A stretch of DNA of 64,000 bases, taken from contig NW_026262581.1 in the NCBI RefSeq assembly GCF_021869535.1, positions 15,686,001 through 15,750,000 on the forward strand, read 5' to 3'. The notes beneath the pieces are model-generated. The model ran no database searches, was not told the origin of the DNA, and saw only the letters and a program-made list of their open reading frames with translations. Below are positions 51,301 to 63,723 of this stretch, piece by piece; position 1 is the first letter of the stretch, and each line of letters starts with the position of its first letter. Made by a program: the position numbers and the translations under genes. This DNA comes from Mytilus californianus. Its lineage: Eukaryota.

Positions 51301-54300
51301 ATACACGTAGACCATTAAAATGTATTTCCGACTTTGGAAATCATTCGTATATAGAGATGATACATCTGAAAAGAAAATACCTATCTTGTAGAGAAGTGTG
51401 TTTAACTCAGTTCTTCATTTACATGTATTGCCAGTTTTCCTGCCGATGGTCGGTGATTCTCTCTGGGTTCTTCAGCTTCCTTCACCAATTAAACCTGGAC
51501 GTGATGATATAGCCATGGTCGTCGCTTAACACAACAAAAAAAAACATATATCTTCAGTTGTTTATATTTGAACCAATAAATCATTTATCATCTAAATAGC
51601 AATAACATGATGGGGTTGTCATGTCAAACCCTCTCGTATCATTAATTGTAAAATATATCGAAAGCAGTTAAGATTTAAACCTATTTACCATATATATAAT
51701 TCTTATTTACCATACATTTCCAGCACTAAAATGTGTTTATGGTACCTTCCCTTTATCGGATAGGCTTAAATACAATCTGAAGATGACGGGAGAAAATAGT
51801 CCACTAAAACAGTTCGATCAAATCTTATTTTCTGAAATTTCAGTTCCAAACCACAATAATATATGCATAGAAACTATTCTTCTTGTTTTACATGTATATT
51901 TATTTTTGTTGCAAAAATATCAAATAAACCCTGAGTTGTTTGTTTTGATATTTCACATTTTTCGTTCTCATCTAAAAGTAAATCTGAATATCCCTTTCTG
52001 TTGATGAAATCAAACCTAAATATGTTAAAATATTCTTTGTACTGAAAAACCATAGATCTTTAAACTATGAGGCAATATTTTGTTACTTATGAAAGAAATG
52101 ATATCTTATCCCAACTGTTTATATAAATACATTTTGATAGTTACATAATTATAAAGCATGAGAAAGATTATATTAAATATCCCGGAAATCTTTTCAGCAT
52201 TAACACTTCCACGAGAATGTGCCGACTTAAAATTATCTGTAAGCGGAGTCCATACAATTTACCCATATGGACGATTGCAGCACCCTGTATCTGTCTTTTG
52301 CTATGTAGATTCAAGTTTGCATCCTTGGACCGTGAGTTTTCAATTTGTAGATATTACGAGACTTTAGCTTAATTCAATAAAAATTGCCTATCTATTTGAC
52401 TATTCTTTAGGTACCGTTTTGTCATACAGGCCCTCAAGTATTCAAAAATTTGTTGAGCTTTACTGCTGAAGGTTAACTGTTATATTCAGTTACTTGTAAT
52501 TACACCGTGATATATTATCTTAATGGACAATCTACTTTGAAATTGATGTAGAAATTGAATCCTGAACTGGTTTTAAAAATATATTTTTTTGCGTCCGAAA
52601 CACTTTTCTGGATGTACCTTCATGAGGTACACTCAAAGCCAAATGTTTGAAAGCCAAGTATGTGTAAGTATCGAAACACGTAAAGAGCTTTATGACCAAA
52701 GAGACATTACTATAATAGCCAAATTCATCTAAGGCCAACTTTGCCAGAAGGAGTTGGAACCTTAGTTTTACTGTTTTATTCAAATGTCTTCAAATAAGTT
52801 CAACAAAGTGGTGTATATATTCAAACTAAACTGAAAACAATACTACGGCATCAAATTAATATCTCAACGAATATAAAGTTAAAAGTTGTTTGTCATTTGC
52901 CAAATTATATATTAAGTATGTTCGCTTTTCTTTTGTCAGATATTCGGAATCCTCTAGTTTTATGTAGTGTCAATAAAAATTTTGCCCGCCACTAATACTT
53001 TTCTTTTCATAACTTTATTACATACAGTTTAAAAAAAAACATTTTTGAAAATCTTATAAAATCCTTGTTATTCTGTAATAGTTTTTGAAAGAAAAAAAGG
53101 GGCATATGTTAAATATATGAAAACAATCTAGAGAAAATAATTTCCCGCCAAATTTTCAATTGATTATATATCAAAAACAAGGACACGGACCATTCATTTT
53201 GTTCTGCTTTTTAAATTCTGTTATTTGAATATTATCTATTTATAACAGTCTTTTAAAAGCTTGTTTATTTTGAAACAGCGAGGCGAACATCCTCAAACTC
53301 AGTAAAAAAAGTGATGGACGTCTATTAAGGGAGATGACCCTTTAAGTTGTAAATTAATTTTTCATGAATGTTGATCAATAGTTACGATATGTGTCTCTTA
53401 ATCTATATGTAACTCCTTTTACTACTTTCAATCATTAAACTCGATTACATGATTTCAGGTCATTCAACGACGAATTAATGGATCAGTCAATTTTTATAGA
53501 GACTGGCAAGCATACAAAACTGGATTTGGACAAGCTAACGAAGAATATTGGTTAGGTAAAATAACCAGAGAAAAGACAAAAGAGAGGGGGAATATATGTT
53601 GAGGATAATAGAAAAGTCATTTGTAGAAAAGTGAATAAAAATTTAATAGGGCTCACTGACAAACCAAGAAGGGAAAAATCAAATGTGTTCGATCTATGAC
53701 GAGTTTATAGATAAATGTGTTATATCTATAATGAGTTTATCGATAAATGAAAATACCATTTTGCTAAATTCCGTGGGTTAAAAGCGCTTTTCTTAACCTA
53801 CATTCATCAGGAACGCTACAACCTTAACATTTGAAAGCCAGAGATGTAAAAATGCATCTCAAGGTAAGGAGCTATATGACCTAAAATGGAACTACAAAGA
53901 AGTGCAAAAATTATAACATTATCTTTGCCTGAGAGAGAGAGAGAGTCGGAACTTTATTTTCCTGAAAAGTTAATAATTCATGAACGAGGAATTTTAGAAA
54001 AAAAGCTATAAGTATTGTCATTACAGAAACACTGACTACTGAGATGATGATTCCATCGGGGACTTATGGTCACCAGCAGGGGTATCGAGCCAGTGGAAGT
54101 AATTGAACATAACACTTTAATAGTGTCGTGCGTCTGAAGCACCTTTGAGGACTTACCTTTATTTCGAACGCTGGAACCTTAACATTTAAAAGCCAGTTTG
54201 ATAGTAATTTATAAAAAAGATGATAGTGCGTTGTCAACGGTATTGCGGTTAAAACATTTTAATTTTTACTTTTTATCAACAAAACAATATTACCAATGTT

Positions 54301-57300
54301 GATGTAGGTACATAAAATGACAATTCAATGCCTCTGAAATTTAATCGATTATTCGTCTTTGTAACGGAAAAAAAATGTTTTAAAGATAATTTCTGAAGTC
54401 TAGTAAAACATGTTTTTCATAACAATAGATAAAGTTCTTTAATCTTGCTTTAGACAATTTGTATGGTACCTTTTAGCTCTAGAGCTGCTTAACGACGATA
54501 ACTCCAGACATGCGCATTGGTCACAACTACTTGGGCTAGTAACATGTTTATGTAAGCAAACCCTTTGTCATTCGTAGTACAAAAGTTTGGTCATTTATAT
54601 CCGGACTTATGCTTTTTACTTGTGTTCTGCTGAATATCTGAAGCTGTTCGTCTAAATTAATTTTTAATCGTTGTACTCATTTGATGATTATTTATTGACA
54701 AAAATAATTGTCAGATAGCATTAAATTCACTGTATACTAACATTGATTCTTGAGATACGTGTTGGATGGTTGGCTAAAAATATCATACATAAACCTTCAG
54801 ATACTTTTGAGTTGTGTTGGTTTGATTGTGTTTGTAGGTTTGTTGTCTTGTCTCGTCATTGTGGATTAATGTAGTTTGTTATTACTTTTCCTGTGAGTTG
54901 AAGTCTTTAGTTTTCTATGTTTTGTTTTGTTAACTGTTGTTTGTCTTTTGCTTGTTTTTCGACTTTTGCCATTACGTCGTCAGTTGATTTTTTGACATAC
55001 GGATTTGAATATTTCTTTGGTATCTCCCACCTCTCCTTGATCTGATGAAACGTTTGTACAAGTTAGAATATGTTACCATCAGTTTCCTGACTACCCCGGT
55101 TTCTTTGAGATATCATTAGATTTAGAAATTGACTAATTATATAAATTTCTATTATGCTATTATATATATCTAATGTTTACAGGGAATGATAACATACATG
55201 AGCTGACAGCAGACGCAAATCATGCATTGATGATACTGATGACAGATTTTAGTGGAGTAACAAAGTTTGCCGAATATCTATCGTTTCATATATCTTCTGA
55301 GGATAATGGTTATCGTTTGATGGTCAGTAAATATGATGGAACTGCAGGTATGTCATGTATTTCTTCAAGTAATACACTGTTGATAACAGTGTTTTCTATG
55401 TCAATACATAATAGATATCGATGACCTACAAAATCACAGGGTTTTTACTTAGATGAGTTCCACGACGGGTACCATACGTGGAGCAGGATCTGCAAACTCG
55501 TCAGGAGCACGTGAGATCACCCCGGCTTTTGGTTAGGGTTCGTGTTGCTAAGACTTTAGTTTTCTATGTCCTGTTAAGTATACTGTTGTATATTGTGTGA
55601 ATTTTGCCATTGAATTGTCAGTTCATTTTCGACTAACAAATTTAAATATCCCTTTTGTATAATTTGCCTCTCTTCTGAGTCCATGTGAACAAATTAACTT
55701 AAATATAGATCCATCAATGAGTAAAGTAGGATGTAATTAGGAAAGAAGTCAAAGAACAATATTGCTAATCATTTAATCATCAACATTAAAAAGTATATAG
55801 CAAATATTTTGCATCACATACTTAATTGTGTACGCGGATGTTGCAAAATAGTTAAAGTGTGTTTATATATGTATAACGTTTTGATGTATTATTCTTATAT
55901 ATATTTCCAAGTGGTAAAAGTATTTGAAGATAATCAAAGTCATGTTTTAACCAAGGTCACAATTTGCACACGATATCTAAGTTACGTTGAAACGTTATAT
56001 AAAGATAAGAAGATATTATATACTTGTCTTTCAGACAACAACAAAAATTGCAATATCAAAAAGTTTAACGTGCGCACAACCCCCTTTTTGCCCTTTCTAG
56101 GCCATATGCTTACAAAATTGTAAAACAAAAACCACACGATAATAACCTCAATAATGAATGATAACTAAAACGGCGCATAATTTGAAAGTTCTTATAACAA
56201 CAGGAAGCTTGCTAAGCTATCTACAGCTGTTGGCGTGGATACTGCATTCAAGAACACAATATCTGATTCACAGCTATGTAGAATAAGGGAAGTGGTATGT
56301 CTGCCAATAAGAAAACTATCCAAATGAAGCGGATTTAAGTATCTAAACCATTTAACGTTGATCTAAAAAAAAATGCTTCAAAACAGGACATGGATTCAAT
56401 GCTTAAATGAAATAATATATCTAATCATAAATAGCTAATTCTTTTTTTACATTTTTTTCTGCAAATTATTTATTTTCAATTGACAATCGCATGGAAAAAA
56501 AACGCTAATTCAGAAATCGCGATTTTCATTGCTAGTTGATCAATTTGATTAATCTTTAGTTATCTTACAAACAATTGCTCAGCTTATATCTGAAGAATAA
56601 AAAACAAAACAGTTCTTCGAAATATGTTGGCTACCATAACAGTTAAAAATGTGGTACAAATCTGTATGAAAAAAAGTAAAATAACAAAAATACCGAACTT
56701 TCTTTATTCAACACGGAAAATCCCTTATGAAAGGGCAAAATCAAAAGTTCAAACACATCAAACGAATGAAAATCAACTGTCATATTCCTGACTTGGTACA
56801 GACATTTTTCAGAAAATGGTGGATTAACTTACATAGTTTTGTACTAGTGACTAGCTATATATATATAGTCATGATTAAAATGATTAAAATTGCACTTTAA
56901 ATAGCTTTATAGTAAAATTGACGAACATTAAAAAATAGTATTCCCGAAGAGAATATATTTGGTACCAACAATATAAAATAGAAATGGAAACCTGTGTTCT
57001 TCCTTTTCTTTACCAAAAGTCAAATCGCCAAATATTAAAGATGATTGGATAATCGAAACGGAAACATTTTATAGTAATAAAATAATATTTGATAAACTAA
57101 TAAATAAACGTAAATGAATATGCGAATACAATCTAATAACGAAATCATTCCCCACTGTTTGGATTAACGAAATTAGAAGCGCTATTAGTAATCCAACAAA
57201 TTTAAAGCACGTAAATATCCCTAATAACAAAATATATGATATGGAAAGAAAATTTATTTCTCCAGAAAAAAATTCAATTAAAATCATATTTTAAAAAATA

Positions 57301-59836
57301 CTAAATAAATGTACTAGTCCAAAATGTGAAACTAAATGGAATAGAACATTTAAAATGGAACTAGACTGGCAATCAGTTTAAAAAAACTACCCAAGCTGCC
57401 TTGATCAAACAAAATTTTCCAATTCATAATATACATTATACTGAATTTAAATTGTACCAAATGCGATAGTCCGATGGCCTATGTAACCTATGTGGCAAAT
57501 TTTTGGAAACTTAAGAACTTCATTTCTATTTCTGTTATAAATTCAAAACATCATTGAAGAAATAAAAAGGATTGCTATCTCTATCTCTGTGCATTTATAT
57601 AACGCATAACTATGATGTCCAAAATATGATTATTGGATATAATCAAGAGCTTGATCAAACGCAAATAAATATTGGACATTTTTATAGTGTTTTCGGGAAA
57701 GTTTGAACTGCTTGATAAATGAATTAGGTATTAACAATTCACTTGGAAACTCAACATATACCCCCACGACACTTACTAAAGAGGATATCCTGGATAATCA
57801 TAGGTCTGTTCTATGTTCCTTTGGAATTTCAACCAAAGATGAAGAACAGGATCTTCCATTACTGGATTGGATACCTAAACTAAATAAGTGTCCTTGCAAA
57901 CCACGGTATATTGCTGGGTCTTCCAAGTGCTCCACGAAACCTCTTTCTACCTTATTAACATCAATTTTATCAGCAATCAAAGCCGGGCTTCAAAGTTATT
58001 GTGAAATTCTAGAGATGTGGATATTGAAAAATTCCAAAGATCTTTTAGAGTACATACAATCTAAGACACTTTCATCTTGCAATAGTATTTTAAAAAACAT
58101 TTGACTTTTCTACACTTTACACAAGTATTCCCTATTCCAAACTAAAAGACAAACTAAAAGAGTTGGTCCTGCTTTGTTTCATAAAAAAGAATGGCCAACG
58201 TAGATACAAATATCTTGTCTTAGGGAGGATAAATCCTACGTTTGGAGGACGTGTTTTTTAACAAAAAATTGGCATTCCCATGGAAAATACTGTGCCTCTC
58301 TTCTTGCCGACTTGTTCCTCTATTTATAGGAGGCTGACTTCATACAGGAACTTCATAGCAAAAAGAAAGAAGCTAGCAGTATCCTTTAACTTTACTTTCC
58401 GCTATATAGATGATGTTCTCTCACTAAATAATTCAAAATTTGGTGACTTTATTGAACTATCCACTCGAAATTGAGATAAAGGATGCAACATATACAGTTA
58501 AGTCTGCCTCATATCTTGACTTACATCTAGCAATTGCAGTGAGGGTCGGTTGAAAACAAAACTTTACGAAAAAAGAGATGATTTCAGCTTCCCAATTGTG
58601 AGCTTTCCATTTCTATGTAGCAACATTCCAGCAGCGCCTGCATATGGAGTATATATCTCCTAGTTGATAAATATTTCAGGGCTTGTATTTCCTATCATGA
58701 TTTCCTTGATAGAGGGTTGCTGCTAAAAGGAAGCTCTTAATCCAAGAGTTCCAAGAGGTGAAGTTGAAATCACCACTTCGTAAGTTTTATGGACGCCATC
58801 ACGAGTTGGATGACCGTTATGGGATATCCGTTTCACAAATGATAGCGGATATGTTCCTAATGTCGTAACTTCAATCCCGTCACCTTTTCCCGAATGTGAC
58901 TACCGAATTAGACTTATTACCGGTTTTGTACTAACATGAGCAACACGACGGGTGCCAAATGTTGAGCAGGATATGCTTATCCTTCTGGAGCATACTACTC
59001 ACCACAGATTGTGTTTCTTCATAAGTGCACATACATTAATTTCACAAATAATCCTTCAGCAAAAATTCTAACGTGTTTGAATCACGTGTCAAGTCGATGT
59101 TAATATCTAACAGGCATTTTACCGGGAACACAATTTAAATTACAAAAGATTTCATAATTGGTGGTCTGTTGTTTACACGAGATAGGATTTGAACTTTAAT
59201 CATTACAAATGGTTAGAAGGACCAAAAAATATATAACAGTTATTCATATCTTTATAATTGTATTTAAAGAGGACAAAGTCATATGAAAATGCAAGATTTC
59301 AAGATGTGTAGAATACTAATTGAAAACAGATACTAGTAATTATATAGAATATATTATGTAGAGAGTATTTGTTTCACCCATTCGTATTTTCCCTGGCAAA
59401 TGGGATATGTAATAAAAACAGGGAACCCTCTGTCAGCTGCCCTAAACTGATTACGGTATATGTATTCCGGATGATTTTAAATCAAAGATATTATTCATGC
59501 TTAAATAGATATAAGAAGATCTTAAAACATGTATAAGAATATAATAAGATGCTTAATCAGTAATAAATTACTCTCATTTCAATTTCAGGAGATTCTTTGA
59601 TCAGACATAATGGGTACAAGTTCACTACTTTTGACCGGGATAATGACGGCTCAGGATCTAATTGCGCCATACTTTATAAAGGTGCATGGTGGTATGAAGA
59701 CTGCCACAATTCAAATTTAAATGGAATTTATTATCATGGCCATCATGATGAATTTGCCACTGGGATAGATTGGAAAACATGGCATGGATATTATTATTCA
59801 ATGAAAACTACTATGATGATGATTAGAGAATACTAA
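45380..59836 (+). CDS. Secreted fibrinogen-related protein with an N-terminal Ly6/uPAR-like (three-finger) Cys-rich domain, 9 coding exons, 322 aa
   Basis: Exons 45380-45383, 48501-48539, 49188-49270, 50189-50260, 51107-51233, 52198-52331, 53459-53555, 55183-55347 and 59589-59836 are all GT-AG and phase-compatible, 969 nt in total. Signal peptide MLKWSVFVFLISFIEC; CWSC...CALCCYTRLCN; FReD motifs RECAD, WTVIQRR.NGSVNFYRDW..YK.GFG, EYWLGNDNIH, FTTFDRDND, GAWWY..CHNSNLNG. Confidence 0.88.
47373..48270. mobile_element. Insertion in LU-FReD intron 1 that is absent from the paralog
   Basis: The flanks are contiguous in the paralog (~63485). Repeated catcgcacttcagcg motifs at 48100-48250 have an inverted copy at ~47398. 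Possible catat duplication. Confidence 0.55.
48501..48539 (+). CDS. LU-FReD exon 2 (signal peptide KWSVFVFLISFI)
   Basis: tttttcag acceptor, gtatgt donor, 39 nt; conserved in the paralog. Confidence 0.8.
   Translation, partial: SNGLSLCFSYHL
49188..49270 (+). CDS. LU-FReD exon 3 (CKQECWSCSGVETISECNHRIQCNDGE)
   Basis: gatag acceptor, gtcagt donor, phase 1/0. Confidence 0.82.
50189..50260 (+). CDS. LU-FReD exon 4 (VCFMHNFVTESGTEEFDYGCGSSL)
   Basis: ttgcag acceptor, gtatat donor, 72 nt. Confidence 0.82.
51107..51233 (+). CDS. LU-FReD exon 5 (ACSNSAGSILGRRSEGHHVKCALCCYTRLCNANLTCTSSGQF)
   Basis: The acceptor is weak (aaaaag); gtaagt donor; 127 nt open frame with the CCxxxxCN motif. Confidence 0.8.
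52198..52331 (+). CDS. LU-FReD exon 6 (start of the FReD domain: LTLPRECAD...HPWT)
   Basis: ttttcag acceptor, gtgagt donor. Confidence 0.9.
53459..53555 (+). CDS. LU-FReD exon 7 (VIQRRINGSVNFYRDW...EYWL)
   Basis: tttcag acceptor, gtaaa donor; canonical FReD motif. Confidence 0.95.
55183..55347 (+). CDS. LU-FReD exon 8 (NDNIHELT...KYDGTA)
   Basis: tttacag acceptor, gtatgt donor. Confidence 0.94.
57050..57690 (+). mobile_element. Probable L1/Tx1-like LINE 3' fragment
   Basis: Remnant KWNRTF.MELDWQSV...CNLCGKFLET resembles the Cys motif C-terminal to an RT; heavily decayed. Confidence 0.45.
57690..59005 (+). mobile_element. Penelope-like (probably Naiad-type) RT region, decayed, in LU-FReD intron 8
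   Basis: WIPKLNK.P.K.RYIAGSSKCSTKPLS, FDFSTLYT.IP, GIPM, FRYIDDVLSLNNSKF, LYEKRDDFSFPIV.FPFLCSNIPAAPAYGVYIS, LRKFYGRHHEL. Confidence 0.85.
59589..59836 (+). CDS. LU-FReD exon 9 (P-subdomain; DRDND Ca site, CH motif), TAA stop
   Basis: tttcag acceptor; canonical FReD C-terminus. Confidence 0.96.
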
Positions 59837-60879
59837 TATGAAAATAGTTATATTAAATATTACATGAAATCTAATATGTCAGTAGAACAATTCACTTATC
59901 GGCAGTAAAAACAAATACAACATATAGAGACGCATTTCTTATAAAGAATTTTAAATATATTGAAATCAAAATCACGTGTATTATTGGTAGCACATATTGT
60001 AAAATGAATGCACAAACCCGCACATACCAATGATTGGTTAAATGTATGATATCTAAGAAACAGCACTTCTGAAAAAAACATAAGAGTTTCGAGGGTATAT
60101 GATTATGAAAAAGCAACCCGACAACACAAAAATCTGAAAGACATCTATTGATTAATATTCTGACTCGATAAAAAAACAAGTATGCTAAACAGAGGAAACT
60201 CAATAGCGCACGCTCTAAAATAAACTTAGATTACGAATCAATTAACGGAGGCTGTAGAAGATCGGTCATCAACGTCAAATTCTCTACAGAACACAACAGA
60301 ATATTATAGGATAACACACATTTTGCTAGCGGTTATTGATGCATTAACTGGGTCGATTAACTCACAAATAAGATTGTGAGTCAGCGGACCAGTTTACAAA
60401 TCAATAGCATTTATAAAAACTGTGTTTAATTGTCATGAAACTGAAATCAAACATCTTTCAATTTCAACATTTTGGAACTCATAATTCCATTTATGTGTAT
60501 TGTGTATTAATTTTTATCACAGTCAAATCGACCTGGAGTTTACATAGATAACGAAAGTAGTTTCAGCAAGATGGTTTATTGAAGTGCTATCCAGGAAAAC
60601 AAATCATAGGGACAAACTGTATTCAAGAATTTGTAGATATATAAGTCATATAGTAGTTATTAAGATATAAGTATAGACATTAACTTAATAGGTCGACCTC
60701 TTTGGACGACGTACAAATGTGTAAACATAATGCGGGTCGAAAGAATTTTTGAACTCTAATCCCGTTTTCAATTTCTATCAATGAAATGTCAAAGTTGCAG
60801 AAAATAACGTAGAACGAACATGAAGTCAGAAAAAAGGAACTTTCTTTACAAAAGTCAAAGATCAATGATAACTCTAAAG

Positions 60880-61345
60880 TTACATTACATTCAGTACAAT
60901 CAGTTTGACGACTATTTTCAGGCCCTGTCCCCTAGGTCATGGTTCAGTGATTTTGAATTAATTAGCCATGTTCAATGTTAAGTATTCTGCTTTAGTTAGT
61001 TTGATAGGATCTACTTGTGATGGATCAATAATGTTTTGTATGAAGTTGCAATACTATCAGTTCATATCAGTTTGACGACTGTTTCGAGGCCCTGTCCCCT
61101 TTGTCATGGTCCAGTGACTTTGAATTTAATAGCAATTTTCATTGTTAAGTTTATCAGTTTAAGTTATATTGATAGGAACTACTTACAATAAACAACGTTA
61201 TGTTCTATAAAGTTACATTACTGTCTGTACATCTCAGTTTCTCCCCTGCCAACTAGATCATGGTTCAGTGACTGAATTAATAAGCAATGTTACTGTCCAT
61301 CAGATTGTCTCTTTCTGAATTTTATGCCGATAGGCGAGACCTATC
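60880..61345 (-). repeat. Three ~170-bp tandem cores related (inverted) to 14385-14960
   Basis: cagtttgacgact.ttt..aggccctgtcccct..gtcatggt.cagtga at ~60901, ~61068 and ~61235. Confidence 0.6.
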
Positions 61346-62400
61346 TCTTTGTCAACAGTTTGTTTTACTGAAATTTCTTCCTTGTAAGCCTATATAAAGT
61401 TTAGATATAGCAGAAAGAGACTACAAAAGACTTTGATGCAATGTAAGTTAATATTTTCACAAAACGTGTAGTTGGATGTTTTTACCAGTAAATAACAGCG
61501 GAAAGAGCGTAAAGTGTAGTGGTTTATTTTACAACTTGTGTTATATGATAAAAAAATACCAAATTTAAAACTAAGAGATGGGAATTGAGGAGGATGTATC
61601 CCAACAGTTTAACAGAAAATAGGTTAAAAAGCACATGACGAAGGAAAACAGTATAACATTGTGGCCTAGAATTCTGATAAGTTACTCGATTTTTCTCATG
61701 TAGATGCAGATCTTAACGGAATTCAGATAAGTGTGTAACATTTACTTGATAGTAAACGTTCTGAACAGAATTCTGCATTCATCTTTTTTTGTAAAAATAT
61801 ATGCGGATCTTGCGAGTTCTGTATCTATAAAAAAAATATATGGCAATCTTGATACAGTTCTGACAAGGCTGCATCTTTTATTGCAAAAAACTGTTACGAT
61901 TAAAATGACTTATGAGTTTGAATGTCCCGTTGGTATCTTTTGTCTCTCTTTTAAATACTTTACTGAAATATGAAAAAGTGTCGCATAGCATTAACCAAAT
62001 AATTCGGAAGTCTCAATATCATTCAATAAATGACCAATTTCATCTTGGAGATTCCGGTACCACATTTATAAATCTACTGTTGTTCTTGATCACATGGTTC
62101 TACAATAACTTCTACGTATATACACTGATTCTGTTAAAGCACTGTTGTGCGACTTTATATTGATGAGACTTATACACAGAAAAAGACGTGTTACTGTGTT
62201 ACTTTCATCCATTGACAATTTGACGTATAAGGAGGAAAATGATCGGGGATTTGAAAATGAAAACTAAATTAATAATAACCAACACATATTGTATTGCCTG
62301 TAATCTATCAAATTGTACATGTATACTTATGTGTACTATCTTATCTCATTTAAGCCAACTTATCGCTTGAGGTCTTGAATGAAATAGGAAGTTTGAGAAA

Positions 62401-63723
62401 ATGCGTAAGTCAGTATATCTTTGCTTCAATCTGTCATACATAACTATGTTTATAGTTTGATTATAAGGTACAACAACGTATATGTAAAGCATTATCAGCT
62501 CGATTTTATGCCGTAGAAAATTAGATTGTATTGTTTTGTCGTTTTTTATTTATGATTAGGAGGTAGGTAAATGGGAAACCTTAGCTAGATTGAACTGATT
62601 CAAGATTTTAAGAAAAGTTTAATATGTTCTTATGTTGTGCTGTTATAGCACTGTCATGAACTGTTGAACTGTGCTCCAAAACATGGTTACCACGCCAAAT
62701 ACTTTATGTGCTTGTCCCAGGTCAGGAGCCAGTGGTTGTCGTTGATTCCTGTCTGACAAACTGATATCCGTTTATTGCCTTAGTAAAATAAGATTGTTTG
62801 TGTTCTCACATCCTTATTCTTTGGGTCTTTTGTGGATGTGATCTCATTGACATTCATATCATATCTCCATAATTCCATAACTAGATTTCAACAAATTTGA
62901 GAAACATTGCATTAAAAAGATTTAATATATAAAACAGTTGTTTTTAACAAGACTCTGATCTGCTTACTGTAAATCAATTTGTTTACCCCCTTCTATATAC
63001 ACCACTTCGCGACGATTCAATTTCACGATTTTCAAATTTATTTGATGTAGTTTTAAAAATAAGGAATGATCAAAGATTTAAATATTAGCCACGATTGATA
63101 TTCGCGTTATTTTACTACTAGCAAAAGTCGCGAAAATAAATCGCTCGTAAAATGGTTGGTTTACAGTATTTAACTTTATCGATTTAACTATGTTCCACAG
63201 CATAGCAAGCATCTTGGATTTGAGTGTAGCACCAAGTCCAAAAATTGTATGATTAACAAATATAGCTTATGTCATGTATAAAACAACGCATATGCACCTT
63301 TTTTCCAGAAATGCTGTTGAAATTTTAGTAAGTAAAATAGCGTTTACCTTGAATATCACGTTAAATTTTGGACCGGTACTAAATGATTTCTTTTGAAACA
63401 TTAAAAGTAAAATATTAAACTTTCGACATGAACATATAATGCAACTGTTTTGTGGTTAAAATACAATGCTTAGAATATTTTAAGACATGTATAGAGCTAA
63501 CGGAACTGGTACAAAAATAGTGAAGTTTTTTTATATAAGAATTGCATTGAACTCACTTTTATTCACGAGCTTAGGGAAGTCATAAATGACACCAATTCCC
63601 AAGTATTATTTATTTTCAATCTGTTCTGATCTATTGAGATATTTGATTTAAAGCATTTGCTGTAGGATCTACTATATTTTTCAGTCAAATGGTCTGTCTT
63701 TGTGCTTCTCATATCCTTTACAG
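62401..63723 (+). CDS. Tandem paralog of the LU-FReD gene: coding exons 1 (62401-62404) and 2 (63685-63723); the rest lies beyond the window
   Basis: ATGC|gtaagt, then tttttcag|TCAAATGGTCTGTCTTTGTGCTTCTCATATCCTTTACAG|gtatgt, giving MLKWSVFVLLISFTG. Exon 2 is 36/39 nt identical to 48501-48539, and the flanks are collinear with 44490-48800. Confidence 0.75.
62967..63166. mobile_element. 200-bp MITE with TA flanks (Tc1/mariner-like) in paralog intron 1
   Basis: ta|ctgtaaatcaa...ttggtttacag|ta; absent at the matching site (~45865) of copy 1. Confidence 0.65.

Noticed and set aside
57690-59005. Selenocysteine recoding as reported for some Naiad Penelope-like elements
   Set aside because: This copy has frameshifts and TAA/TAG stops, so TGA codons cannot be told apart from decay, and no SECIS was recognised.
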